Source: a virus
Taxonomy: Duplodnaviria > Caudoviricetes
DNA: 64,000 bases
Virus record (IMG/VR): IMGVR_UViG_3300014204_000110
Direction: 5' to 3' (one strand)
Made by a program: the position numbers and the translations under genes
Shown here: positions 50,256-60,701 of the stretch, piece by piece
Position numbering within the stretch: position 1 is the first letter of the stretch
Layout: each line of letters opens with the position of its first letter
Notes under the pieces: generated by a model
Database searches by the model: none
Told to the model about the DNA's origin: nothing
The model's input: the letters and a program-made list of their open reading frames with translations, nothing else

Positions 50256-50968
50256 AACAAACTCCTTTATAAAATGCATGGCACTTAATTGGCTCGTATT
50301 TCTGTTCATAATGACTTTGAAATTTCATAAGGATTAACCATGTGTCTTTCCTATATGAAACTCTGAAATATTCCAAATTTACTGTCCATGCACAATAATC
50401 AGACATAAATTTGCCTGTTATATTTCATCCATTCATACAGGCTTTTGAATAGACAATCAATGTCATTTCATCTACACACTACTTAACCATCATTAAGTAT
50501 TATTGAATCATGTAGATATAGATGCGATTAAGTACGCAACTAACTATTCAATAATCAGACATAAATATTCTTATTGTTGTGAACCTCGACAATAAGCAGA
50601 TATCTCTGAGGGAGACAATCTCGATAATCCAGCAGTCTGGATAAACGAAAGATCCTCTTGAATAGCTTCATTAAGATCTTTAATAGTATCAAGATTTAAT
50701 ATACCTTTATGTGAGTTATATATGAAACTTCCATCCTGTCTGGAATCAATGATGGTCATAATGTTAGGCATAACTAACTCCTTTGGTTAGAATAGTTTTG
50801 CTTACTTTTTCAAAAGTAACTAATAGTTAATACATCTGACATAAATTTGTATTTATGTTTTTCTTGGTAAGAACAATAATATATGATGCTTGAATATACT
50901 CTCTCTTAGAACTGAGGGAGAAGTAGATAGTTTTTGACTAGAACTATCTTAAACTAGATATCTAGATA

Positions 50969-52207
50969 TTACTTAAGCATTGCTTTCACTTGATTGCAAT
51001 ACTCATTAACATTACTTATCCATAAGTTCCACATCTGAAAGTATACAATTCCTCCTCTAAGTTTAGTTATATTACGGTTATGCACCATAAAGCCTTCATC
51101 ATAAGCCAACTGTACTTGATCAGCATAGAACTTCAAACATTTATCCTTTCCAATTATACGATGTTGATGAGAGTTACAGAACTTACCTCTTATGTAATCA
51201 GTAACCAATACAAAACCTTCTTTCATTGTTGGTGTGGGTTCGTATACGTCGATTATACGATGTTTACGTAATGCAGGATTAACTGGTTGAGGTTTATACT
51301 TACTGTTCTCTATGTACTCTAGAGTGTGTTTAGGATGATAATCTATTACATCGTGATTCTTTCTAAATGTTGCATGAGACATCATAATACTTTGAGCATA
51401 TCTCATCTTACCAGAGTTCTTAACACCTCCAGTAAGTTCACAGATATAATCACATTCGTCTTCAGTAATAAATCCTTCATGAAGCTTTTCAATAGCAATA
51501 TCATAAGCTTTAGTAGGATCTTTACCAATATAGAATATCATACTCTTCCAGAACTTAAGATGAGCTTTATCCTGATGAGTACCAGACTCATTAGCTACAA
51601 GATCATAATCAGATTCAGTTAATTGTCTAGCATCATCATTATAGTTATTACAAACATTCTCATCATACTCATCATCAGTATCTTTGTATAACTCTCTGAT
51701 AGTATCTTTGTTACTCCATATCCATTTAGCCAGAGATCTATCAAGTTTAAGTTTCTTAAGAGCTTTGATATCAAGCATACCTTTATGATCAGTATACCAT
51801 TCAAGATTGAATCTTGTAACAGTATCCTTTTCATATTTATCATTAGAACATACAACTTCTTCGAATATATCCCATTGTTTAGGATGATAGTCTTTATTAC
51901 CATAAATATTATCACCAGGACCATCTACAGCAAAGTCATCACGTATATCAGGAGCGGTGCTATCTGCTAAGATACCAGTAGGACTTATCCATAATCCATC
52001 CTCACAGATATCTAGACTATTTCCTTCTTTATCAAACCTTTGAGGACCATACTCATCAGAGTTACTGTGATACATAACGTTCTCCTTTGATTTATGTGTA
52101 TCAGTAAAAGTTACTTCATGATTTGAAAGATCATACTCAGATAACTTACCATTAGCTTTAGCAATAAGACGATTAATGATCATCTGATTAGAAATAGTAC
52201 GATTCAT
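50969..52207 (-). CDS. large acidic hypothetical protein
   Basis: AAGGAG RBS before MNRTIS; ~412 aa. Confidence 0.7.
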   Translation of the reverse strand: MNRTISNQMIINRLIAKANGKLSEYDLSNHEVTFTDTHKSKENVMYHSNSDEYGPQRFDKEGNSLDICEDGLWISPTGILADSTAPDIRDDFAVDGPGDNIYGNKDYHPKQWDIFEEVVCSNDKYEKDTVTRFNLEWYTDHKGMLDIKALKKLKLDRSLAKWIWSNKDTIRELYKDTDDEYDENVCNNYNDDARQLTESDYDLVANESGTHQDKAHLKFWKSMIFYIGKDPTKAYDIAIEKLHEGFITEDECDYICELTGGVKNSGKMRYAQSIMMSHATFRKNHDVIDYHPKHTLEYIENSKYKPQPVNPALRKHRIIDVYEPTPTMKEGFVLVTDYIRGKFCNSHQHRIIGKDKCLKFYADQVQLAYDEGFMVHNRNITKLRGGIVYFQMWNLWISNVNEYCNQVKAMLK

Positions 52208-52359
52208 GATAAACTCCTTTGGTAAAAGTTTAGTTAATTGATACTTCAATTACTTCTTCATCATTAATAACATCAAAGACACGTTCAAACTCAGATACAT
52301 CTAGAAACTGATCATCATAATCTTGAATAGACATGATATTACTCCTTTGATTAAGTTAA

Positions 52360-52569
52360 TTAAAATTCAAATTTACCAGACATTATTTCTTCAAGTAGAT
52401 CAGCACATTCTTTACCAATAACTGGTTCTTTAGGATCTTTATGTACAGGACTTTCTTGTACTGTGCATAGATCATAGTTACAGTTCTTACAGATAAAAGA
52501 CTGTGGGTTATCTACTGTAGCAGGCATACCACAACCATCACATACAACTAGATACTTTGACTTAGACAT
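52360..52569 (-). CDS. small zinc-ribbon protein
   Basis: CDGC...CKNC, AAGGAG RBS. Confidence 0.65.
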   Translation of the reverse strand: MSKSKYLVVCDGCGMPATVDNPQSFICKNCNYDLCTVQESPVHKDPKEPVIGKECADLLEEIMSGKFEF

Positions 52570-53490
52570 GACATACTCCTTTGTTTATGGTTATTAATCA
52601 ATGAAACTTAAATTAGCGATTACTACTATAGCTATACATACTACAGCTATTACTAACCTCAATGTACCAGCATGTACACTAAGCTTACTACATCTAGATA
52701 CAAGATTAGATTGTATATACATATCTAATCCTTTCTATTGTTGATTGTTATTAATAAGTACTAGTTAACAATACCACTATCACTAGCAAGCGTGCCTTGT
52801 ACATCAAAGTATGATGCAATAAGCATATACGTTGCTACTGCTTTACTACGATTAAGACAACTAATACGATCACTAAGCTTATGATCTTTTTCAACAAAGA
52901 CCATACTATCAATTAATGTAACAGTAAACATAAAACCTCCTAGAAAAGTGTGTAAGTTATTGTTTTGTATAAAGTTACCCAGTGAGCTCTTATCTTCTGT
53001 AAAGTAATAATATAATACTAATAACACTCTAGGTACTATCGAAAAACATCCCTAATATCATAATCTCAATTCTCAAATAATTTTTTACACTAAACTGTAT
53101 ATTAAGCATTAACTATAATATTTAAATCCTAAAATAATTTTTCATCTATTTAAGCAATATCTAAATCCTCCAAAAAATTTTATCTGAAACCTCTTGATAG
53201 AAATTATACCTGATCTGATATAATCTTAGCTTTAAACAGTACTTTTATACCCTTTCTGGTATAAAAACGTAAAATCGAATTTTCAAAAAAAATATATCTG
53301 AATCGACCTCGCAATGGTCCTTTTCTATAACCCTAAACATATCAATAAGTTATAAGATATCTTTGTCTGAAAAGTATATATTATTTCAGACAAGAAGTGC
53401 ATAGTATTGCCTATTTATATGTATTTTGTGTTAAAACTGTTATAAAGCTACTAAAAGTGTTATATACTGCACCTTATGTGTTAAAACAAT

Positions 53491-53519
53491 TTGACATCCT
53501 AGATGTAAAGAAGTATATT
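53491..53519 (+). promoter_or_regulatory. sigma70-type promoter
   Basis: TTGACA-17 nt-TATATT followed by AGGAGG and ATG 53537. Confidence 0.8.
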
Positions 53520-53536
53520 ACTAATAGGAGGTAAGT

Positions 53537-53851
53537 ATGAAATATTGTAGTAATTGTAAGTATCTTTCTAAGTATATTCGTGATGAAATTATTGATTATA
53601 GATATATAGATGGAAGTATAGTAGAGTCTGGAAATAAAGTATGTCTATGTGATCCTAAAAGAGAAGATTATAATAATTGGGAATATGAGTGTGTAACTAA
53701 GGTTTTAACTGTTTATGATCCTAGAAAGCTTAATGTTAAGAATGATTGCCAGTGTTATCGAGAGAGATGGATATATAGAATTATAGCGTTTCTTAGAGGA
53801 TGTAAGTATTATCATGTTAATGGTGGATTAAAACATGAACGAGTTAAATAA
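53537..53851 (+). CDS. Cys-rich hypothetical protein
   Basis: First gene of plus-strand arm; CSNC..C..N..NDCQCY. Confidence 0.65.
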   Translation: MKYCSNCKYLSKYIRDEIIDYRYIDGSIVESGNKVCLCDPKREDYNNWEYECVTKVLTVYDPRKLNVKNDCQCYRERWIYRIIAFLRGCKYYHVNGGLKHERVK

Positions 53852-54043
53852 GTTAGTTATACTTATATTTGCTTTGTATGTGATTGGTGATACTATCAGG
53901 ATAATTGATCATAAGGATCGCTTTGTAATATTAAATGTGTTTAATACAGATACTGATAGTTGTTATGTTATGCTTGGTAATCTAGAGCATAAGTTAATAA
54001 GATATGAGCGTTGTTATAAACTTAGAAAGACTTTAGATAAGTA

Positions 54044-54072
54044 TTGACTTTAACTTTGAAATATTGTATATT
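54044..54072 (+). promoter_or_regulatory. sigma70-type promoter
   Basis: TTGACT-17 nt-TATATT upstream of Hsp20. Confidence 0.7.
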
Positions 54073-54127
54073 ACTTATGTTACTGATCGAATGACAGTAA
54101 CTTTTTTAATCTATCTAAGGAGGATTT

Positions 54128-54535
54128 ATGGACACACAACTATGGGACATCTTCGATGTCTTCTTCAAAGATGCACTGGACACTTCCAGTACCTACACAA
54201 CTCTTACGAACAGCAAACTACATTATCCAATTGATGTTAAGGAGACAACCTCTGGAATTCAATTTGATGTAGCTATTGTTGGGGCTGAGAAAAAAGATGT
54301 AATTATCGAAACCGAAAACGATATATTACGAATAATTTATCCTAATAATGAAAATAAAGACAGCACTGAAAAGTATCTTTATAAGGGGATTACACGTAAG
54401 TCTTTCAATTTTAATTGGAAGCTTGGTGGCAAGTTTGACGTCGCTCAGACAGTGGCAGCTATGGATAAGGGATTACTTACGATTAAGATTCCTTACACTA
54501 AGAACGCTACTAAGAAACGTGTTGAAATAGTTTAA
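54128..54535 (+). CDS. small heat-shock protein (Hsp20/alpha-crystallin)
   Basis: YPIDVKET, YLYKGITRKSF, A.MDKGLLTIKIP. Confidence 0.92.
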   Translation: MDTQLWDIFDVFFKDALDTSSTYTTLTNSKLHYPIDVKETTSGIQFDVAIVGAEKKDVIIETENDILRIIYPNNENKDSTEKYLYKGITRKSFNFNWKLGGKFDVAQTVAAMDKGLLTIKIPYTKNATKKRVEIV

Positions 54536-54539
54536 ACAT

Positions 54540-54560
54540 TTGGGGAGATATTCTCCCCAA
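54540..54560. terminator. hairpin/terminator after Hsp20
   Basis: ttggggaga-tat-tctccccaa. Confidence 0.65.
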
Positions 54561-54767
54561 TTATATTTATATGGGTAAAATTAAAAAAATAATGTCTGAA
54601 GAATTTAAGAGACGTAATTTTCCAGATAGTATTAATAATTATTTTATAGCAAATTGTCCATATAGTGATCGAGATTGTGATGTATTTTGTAATGAAGATG
54701 AATGTGAAGATTGTTTTCATGAATTTGTAACATTTGATCAACTTCATGTAAGTCTAGGAATTAAATC

Positions 54768-55082
54768 TTGATACATCTAAGAGATCCATATATAGAGAGT
54801 ATTGTAGAACTTAATTCATTTAAATTATTTTATGAAAGTAATTTTATATGTGACTGTAATGCAATTGAAATAACATCAAATACATTAAAAGGATTTTTTA
54901 CTACTAATTTTAATCTTGATATTTATCAAGATAAAACATATACGATTCTTATAAATTATAATAATACAATATATAATTTAAACTATGTTAAACTAACATC
55001 CAGACATCGTTATGTTGATAATTTTAATATACCAATTAGTCTAGATACTAAATACGAGTTTAAGTATGAACATATCTCTTAG
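54768..55082 (+). CDS. tagged protein 1 (MIHLRDPY)
   Basis: TTG start overlapping upstream stop. Confidence 0.6.
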   Translation: MIHLRDPYIESIVELNSFKLFYESNFICDCNAIEITSNTLKGFFTTNFNLDIYQDKTYTILINYNNTIYNLNYVKLTSRHRYVDNFNIPISLDTKYEFKYEHIS

Positions 55083-55458
55083 AGATCGAGCAGATCCAAT
55101 ATATCCAGAAAATAGTTTTAATAGTATCTGGTATGCAACAAGAATGCTTATAACTAGTGGATCTATGTTTAAGTTAGAATATAATCTTCCTAGACGTTGG
55201 GGTAAGACTCATCTATGTGGAAAACTCATGGAAGAATTTGAAAATGTAATATATATTGCTAGTAATGATAATATGTGTAAATATTTCTGTTCTACATATG
55301 GATATATAACTAGAACTTTTAGTGCTAATTATATACTTGATTGTTTAAGAGGTCGAATAATAAATTATATTTTATTTGATGAAGTATCTTCTGTTCAAGT
55401 AAATAACGTATTATCTTATGTACATCCTAAAGGTTATCTTGCAGTGAGATCATTATGA
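55066..55458 (+). CDS. tagged protein 2 (MNISLRDR), small P-loop ATPase-like domain
   Basis: PRRWGKT Walker A and ILFDE Walker B, terminase-ATPase-like but only 130 aa. Confidence 0.65.
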   Translation: MNISLRDRADPIYPENSFNSIWYATRMLITSGSMFKLEYNLPRRWGKTHLCGKLMEEFENVIYIASNDNMCKYFCSTYGYITRTFSANYILDCLRGRIINYILFDEVSSVQVNNVLSYVHPKGYLAVRSL

Positions 55459-55688
55459 TTCACTTAAGAGATCCATACATAAATGATTTTCCTACTCAAA
55501 GTCCGTCTAGTTCAGATTCAAGTAGTTCAAGTAGTTCAGAAAGTTTTAGTATTAGTGATAGTGCAAGTATTTCAATGAGTGCTAGTCCAAGTATAAGTAA
55601 TGAAAGAAATTATGAACATACACCTAAGAGATCGATACTTTCAAGAATATCCAAAAGATTGGTATCGATTATATCTTTTACTAAGTAA
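55455..55688 (+). CDS. tagged protein 3 (MIHLRDPY), Ser-rich
   Basis: SPSSSDSSSSSSSESFSISDSASISMSASPSIS. Confidence 0.55.
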   Translation: MIHLRDPYINDFPTQSPSSSDSSSSSSSESFSISDSASISMSASPSISNERNYEHTPKRSILSRISKRLVSIISFTK

Positions 55689-56022
55689 AAATATAAATGA
55701 AGATAGATTTTTTACCATAAATTTATCTAGACATAAACATTTTGAAACCGTTACTTTAGGTTTAAATTTATTAAATGATTTTGAACATCTTTTAATGATT
55801 GTTAAAAACGCTGGTACTGAAATAATGCTTAGAAAAAATAGTAATTTAAATAATATAAATCAATATAATTTATATTCTGGAGTAGAACTTAAAAATTGTG
55901 GATGTGATGTACATCTAAAATTAAAATATAAATATATATTTATGGATAACTTAGATGATGAACTTATAAAATACTATTCTAATCTTGGACTTAGTTATAT
56001 TAGTATAAAGAACAACTTATGA
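55612..56022 (+). CDS. tagged protein 4 (MNIHLRDRY)
   Basis: Start at 55612 matches the shared motif. Confidence 0.6.
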   Translation: MNIHLRDRYFQEYPKDWYRLYLLLSKNINEDRFFTINLSRHKHFETVTLGLNLLNDFEHLLMIVKNAGTEIMLRKNSNLNNINQYNLYSGVELKNCGCDVHLKLKYKYIFMDNLDDELIKYYSNLGLSYISIKNNL

Positions 56023-56228
56023 ACATAAATTTAAGAGATCGATACATTGCTGAGACACTTACAATCAAAGATATTTCTAATATGGTTGAGTGGTTGATGA
56101 AACAACCATCACAAGAATATATAATTCCAGTAGATAGTTATTATGATAAATTAATAGATGATTATTTTAATGAGCGAATTAAAAAATTAAAAACTAGGAA
56201 ACTATATGACAATAAATCTAAGAGATAG
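56019..56228 (+). CDS. tagged protein 5 (MNINLRDRY)
   Basis: ATGA coupling. Confidence 0.6.
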   Translation: MNINLRDRYIAETLTIKDISNMVEWLMKQPSQEYIIPVDSYYDKLIDDYFNERIKKLKTRKLYDNKSKR

Positions 56229-56415
56229 ATACGTAGAAGAACCAAAAGTATGGCCAGGTAAATTTGAATATACTGATACATTAGACTTTGATAATCACAT
56301 CATTCAACAATGGGTGCAAAATGCTAGAAGAGCACTATCTGCTGAAGTTAGACGAACTGTATTAGAACAAATACCGCGTTATAATCAAGGTGGAATAATT
56401 GAACCTAAATCTTAA
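56206..56415 (+). CDS. tagged protein 6 (MTINLRDRY)
   Basis: AGGA RBS. Confidence 0.6.
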   Translation: MTINLRDRYVEEPKVWPGKFEYTDTLDFDNHIIQQWVQNARRALSAEVRRTVLEQIPRYNQGGIIEPKS

Positions 56416-56701
56416 AAATAAATATCCAGATATCTTTAATGCTGTCTATGATAGTGTTACTGATTTTACAGACTTACCTGATGAAGTTATCTCTAAGATA
56501 GCTTATCGAGCAGGTACTGTAGCTTGTGAAGCTCACGAGCGAGAACTAACCAAGGAGAAATCAATGTCAGATGATCTTAAAGATCTTGTAACGTCTACAG
56601 ATGTTCCAAGTATTTCAAAACAAGAGATGCGAAAGACTCACGCTAATCAACATCAGCAAGCAAAGAAAATAACAGGAAAAGCTAAGAAAACAAAGAAATA
56701 A
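56399..56701 (+). CDS. tagged protein 7 (MNLNLKNKY); possible internal start MSDDLK
   Basis: TTG start; internal AAGGAG before ATG 56563. Confidence 0.5.
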   Translation: MNLNLKNKYPDIFNAVYDSVTDFTDLPDEVISKIAYRAGTVACEAHERELTKEKSMSDDLKDLVTSTDVPSISKQEMRKTHANQHQQAKKITGKAKKTKK

Positions 56702-56702
56702 C

Positions 56703-56731
56703 TTGATATCTTACTACGGTTGTAGTATATT
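56703..56731 (+). promoter_or_regulatory. sigma70-type promoter
   Basis: TTGATA-17 nt-TATATT upstream of RNR. Confidence 0.65.
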
Positions 56732-56778
56732 ATAGACATCACAATTGATGTCTATTTTTGTCTTTGAGGGAAAACAAA

Positions 56779-58665
56779 ATGAGTGTTACTTATCCAAATA
56801 TTGCTAGTGAATTTGTTGCTTTACGATCTTATTGTAGATGGTTACCAGATCAAGAAAGAAGAGAAACTTGGGAAGAAGTTGTAAATCGAGTTGTTAATTT
56901 TTTAAAAACAGAAACTCGTCATGCTGATAGAATTCCTAATAAAGTATGGACTTCTATTGAAGAAGGAATGTTAACTTTTAATGTAATGCCAAGTATGAGA
57001 CTTGCAGCTACTGCTGGGCCTGCTGCAAAAAAAGATAATATTTGTCTTTTTAATTGTTCATATTTACCAATTGATAGTATTAAATCATTTAGTGAATTAT
57101 TATATATATTAATGTGTGGTACAGGAGCAGGATTTAGTGTAGAAAAAGAAAACATTGATAAACTTTCTATTATTAAACATCCAAATTCTCAAAGAAGAGA
57201 TGATTATATAATTGAAGATTCTCGTGAAGGTTGGGCTAAAGCTTTTCAGTTTGGTCTTGAAACATGGTTTAATGGAGAAGATGTTCATTTTGATTTTTCA
57301 AAACTCAGACCATATGGTGCTTCATTAAAAACAATGGGTGGAAGATCTAGTGGTCCTGATCCATTAAAAGAACTTCTTGAATTTACAAAAGATATTATTT
57401 TTAACGCAAAAGGAAGAAAGTTAACTTCTTTAGAATGTCATGATATTTGTTGTAAAGTTGCAGAAGTTGTAGTTGTTGGTGGTACACGAAGATCAGCAAT
57501 GATTTCATTCAGTGATCTCGATGATCAATTAATGTGTCATGCAAAAGAATTTCCAATTCCACCACATCGATTTATGGCAAATAATTCTGCTGTATATAAA
57601 GAAAAACCTGATACTATTACTTTTCTTAAAGAATGGAGTTCATTAGCTGAATCTGGAAGTGGAGAAAGAGGAATTATAAATGTTAGTAATCTTGATGCTA
57701 TATGTAAAGATAGAAAATTTACAAAAGATATAAGATTCAATCCTTGCTCAGAGATTCTTCTTAGACCATACGAATGTTGTAACTTATCAGAAGCAGTTAT
57801 TAGAAGTGATGATGATATTGGAGATCTTGTTGAAAAAGTAACTACTGCTACATGGTTAGGTGTTATTCAAGGAACATTTACACATTTTCCTTTTTTAAGA
57901 CCTGAATGGAAAAAGAATTGTGAAGAAGAAAGATTAATTGGTGTAAGTCTTACTGGTCAAATGGATAATCCAGAAATTCTTTCAGAACAAGTGCTTAAAC
58001 AATTAAAAAAAGTAGTAATAAAAGTTGCAAAACATGCTTCTTCTATTCTAGAAGTGAATACACCAAAAGCATATACTTGTGTTAAACCATCTGGAACTGT
58101 TTCACAAGTTGTAGATAGTGCTTCTGGTTGTCATCCTAGATACAGTAAATTTTATATAAGAAGATATAGGATTTCTAGTTCTGATCCATTATTTCATCTT
58201 ATGAGAGATCAAGGAATTTCATATAAACCTGAAGTTGGTCAAACAGAAGATAATGCTACAACAATGGTTGTTGAATTTCCAATTAAAGCACCAGATAAAG
58301 CTATTACAATTAAAGATTGGTCATCATCAGATCAACTTAATTGGTATCTTAAAGTTCAAAAAAATTGGAGTACTCATAATGTTAGCAATACAGTTTACGT
58401 AAAAAAAGATGAATGGTTAAAAATTGGATCTTGGGTTTATGATCATTTTGCTGAAATAGTTGGTGTAAGTTTTCTTCCAATTGAAGATCATAAATATGAA
58501 TTAGCACCATATGAAGAAATTACTGAAGATAAATACAATGAATTATTAAAATCTTTTCCTAAATTAGATTTTTCAGTATTAGGAGAATATGAAAAACTCG
58601 TTGGTGATAAAACTGAAGCAGCTAAACAAATGGCTTGTTCTTCAGGATCTTGCGAAATAACATAA
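56779..58665 (+). CDS. nrdJ: class II (AdoCbl-dependent) ribonucleotide reductase
   Basis: RRETWEE, PSMR, FNCSY, GGRSSGP, VVGGTRRSA, NPCSE, CNL, CVKPSGT, C-terminal CSSGSCE; no small subunit adjacent. Confidence 0.9.
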   Translation: MSVTYPNIASEFVALRSYCRWLPDQERRETWEEVVNRVVNFLKTETRHADRIPNKVWTSIEEGMLTFNVMPSMRLAATAGPAAKKDNICLFNCSYLPIDSIKSFSELLYILMCGTGAGFSVEKENIDKLSIIKHPNSQRRDDYIIEDSREGWAKAFQFGLETWFNGEDVHFDFSKLRPYGASLKTMGGRSSGPDPLKELLEFTKDIIFNAKGRKLTSLECHDICCKVAEVVVVGGTRRSAMISFSDLDDQLMCHAKEFPIPPHRFMANNSAVYKEKPDTITFLKEWSSLAESGSGERGIINVSNLDAICKDRKFTKDIRFNPCSEILLRPYECCNLSEAVIRSDDDIGDLVEKVTTATWLGVIQGTFTHFPFLRPEWKKNCEEERLIGVSLTGQMDNPEILSEQVLKQLKKVVIKVAKHASSILEVNTPKAYTCVKPSGTVSQVVDSASGCHPRYSKFYIRRYRISSSDPLFHLMRDQGISYKPEVGQTEDNATTMVVEFPIKAPDKAITIKDWSSSDQLNWYLKVQKNWSTHNVSNTVYVKKDEWLKIGSWVYDHFAEIVGVSFLPIEDHKYELAPYEEITEDKYNELLKSFPKLDFSVLGEYEKLVGDKTEAAKQMACSSGSCEIT

Positions 58666-59612
58666 ATGAAGCAAATAAAAACATATCTAGAATATAACTT
58701 AGATAGTAAAAACATAATTATAATAAGTAATACTTATAAAGGAAGTCCTAAGATGTATTATAAATATGATATCTTGATAGGATCTAAAGAAATTATAACT
58801 AAATATAAAAGTGATCTTGTTCCAGAACATCTGCTTAAAACTGGATGGAAACCGAAGGTGGTTTATTTATGAAAGCAAAATTAATTATTTTAAAACACGA
58901 ACTAAATAATTGGTCAGAAAGATATAAAAAAGAAGCTGAAAGATGTCTTAATAATTGTAGTTTAGAATGTGTTGGATATAAAATAAGACAAGAAACTGTT
59001 GATGTAATTGTTGAAATGTTAAACAAAATATTAAATGAAGAGGAAAATAATGAGTAAAGAAGATAAATTAATAGAAGTGTTAAATAATATGATTAAATTA
59101 GTAGAACCAATTTATTACAAAGATTTTAATAAGAAAATAAAAGCAATTAATAATGAAGATCTTATCAAATATGAAGAAAAAGAATCTGTTGTTGGAGTTA
59201 CAAATATAAACAATAATGATTATGCAATTTCAACTTTAAGTATAATTGCTACAATAACTGATATTTTAATTGATAAACGTTTAGCATTTAATGTTGAAGA
59301 TACTGGAGTTATAAGTGGAGTTAAATTTTATGAACCTTTGGTGTAAATTAGGATTTCATGATTATGAAACTATAAAATCTTTATCAATAAGAGATATAGA
59401 AAACGATATAGCTATTAAAAGAGGAATTACTCCAATTCTTGACTATTATACAACTGGAATAACTTCTTATTTTAGTCAAAAAATATGTTTAAATTGTTGT
59501 AAGTATATTGATGAAATTACACCAGAAATTAAAAGACAAGAAAAAGTAGTAGATAAATCAAATATTCGAGAAAACAAATTAAAAGAAATACTTTCTAAAA
59601 AAGGAATTAATA

Positions 59613-60134
59613 ATGAGTGAAATTAAGTTACAAATAGTTAAAATGTTTGATGATGTTAAGTTACCTAGTAAGCAGAATCCTACTGATAGTGGATTTGATC
59701 TTTACGCTTATAGTTTTAAAAAGTACTATCAGAATCATGGTAGTAACTATGAACGACTTTTTGAAGATGATAAAGTAACTCCTTTTATACGTGATGGGGA
59801 ACTTGAACTGGCTAGTCTTGATAGAGTTCTTATAGGTACTGGTCTTAAGATGACAGTTGGACCTGGATATGAACTTCAAGTACGTGCTAGAAGTGGACTT
59901 GCTCTTAAACAAGGATTATCATTAGTAAACGGAATTGGCACAATTGACTATTCTTATCGTGACGAATGTTGTGTTATACTTATTAATCTTTCTAGAAAGA
60001 ATCAAGTGATTAAACTAGGAGATAGAATAGCACAAATTGTTCCTATGGCGGTTGCTTTGCCTGAAATACAGGTTGTTCAAACTTTAGATGGTGTTGATCG
60101 TGGTGGTGGTTTTGGGCATACGAATAACAATTAG
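59613..60134 (+). CDS. dut: trimeric dUTPase
   Basis: SGFDL, RSGLA, GTIDYSYR, GDRIAQ, RGGGFGHT. Confidence 0.95.
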   Translation: MSEIKLQIVKMFDDVKLPSKQNPTDSGFDLYAYSFKKYYQNHGSNYERLFEDDKVTPFIRDGELELASLDRVLIGTGLKMTVGPGYELQVRARSGLALKQGLSLVNGIGTIDYSYRDECCVILINLSRKNQVIKLGDRIAQIVPMAVALPEIQVVQTLDGVDRGGGFGHTNNN

Positions 60135-60251
60135 TCTATACTATAGGAGATAAATTATGTTTAATATGTTCATACGAACACTTATTAGGGCGATAACTTA
60201 TAATATAGTTAATGTTCTATTTAGAAAATTAATAAGATTAAAGAGGTTAAA

Positions 60252-60701
60252 ATGAATGTTGAAATAACTACAGATGGAACTCTGCAAAACACAATACTTA
60301 AAGTTGATGGTAAGGATATTACCAAAAATAACAAAGTAGTAAGTATAAGTGCTTATGCTTCTGCTCCTTTTAAAGGACAGGTAAGTGGTGACATTTATAA
60401 AGGTCACGTTGGTGTAAGTTATGAAATAATGGATGATAAAGGCACAATTGAACGACTTTCTATAGGAAGTTCTGAAACAGACTACGTAAAAGGCATCGGT
60501 CAGAAGATTAAACAGAATGATCAGGTATTGCAGTATCTAGGTCAGAATATTCCTGCAGAGCTAGACGTTATTGTAGATAAAATTGTAAAACATTGTGAAG
60601 ATAATAAGATAGCATGTCCCGCTAAAGATGTTCTTGTTACGAGAACAAAAGAATCATTGATGGATAAAGTCATTGATCTTGGAATTAAATTGGAGAATTA
60701 A
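60252..60701 (+). CDS. hypothetical protein
   Basis: 149 aa with GAGG RBS. Confidence 0.65.
   Translation: MNVEITTDGTLQNTILKVDGKDITKNNKVVSISAYASAPFKGQVSGDIYKGHVGVSYEIMDDKGTIERLSIGSSETDYVKGIGQKIKQNDQVLQYLGQNIPAELDVIVDKIVKHCEDNKIACPAKDVLVTRTKESLMDKVIDLGIKLEN

Larger units (their letters stand above)
48836..50845 (-). promoter_or_regulatory. seven copies of intergenic motif TTTATGTC(T/A)GA
   Basis: Plus-strand atcagacataaa or a one-base variant at 48836, 49363, 49456, 49740, 50398, 50554, 50834. Confidence 0.8.

Noticed and set aside
48836-50845. CRISPR array from the repeated 12-mer
   Set aside because: Repeat too short, spacing irregular (~90-660 bp), genes in between, no cas genes.
7208-51970. 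Plus-strand ORFs in the minus-strand arm (e.g. 9794, 29058, 30747, 31548, 43770)
   Set aside because: Antisense shadows of well-supported genes with no motifs.
55066-55458. Terminase large subunit
   Set aside because: Only 130 aa with no nuclease domain.
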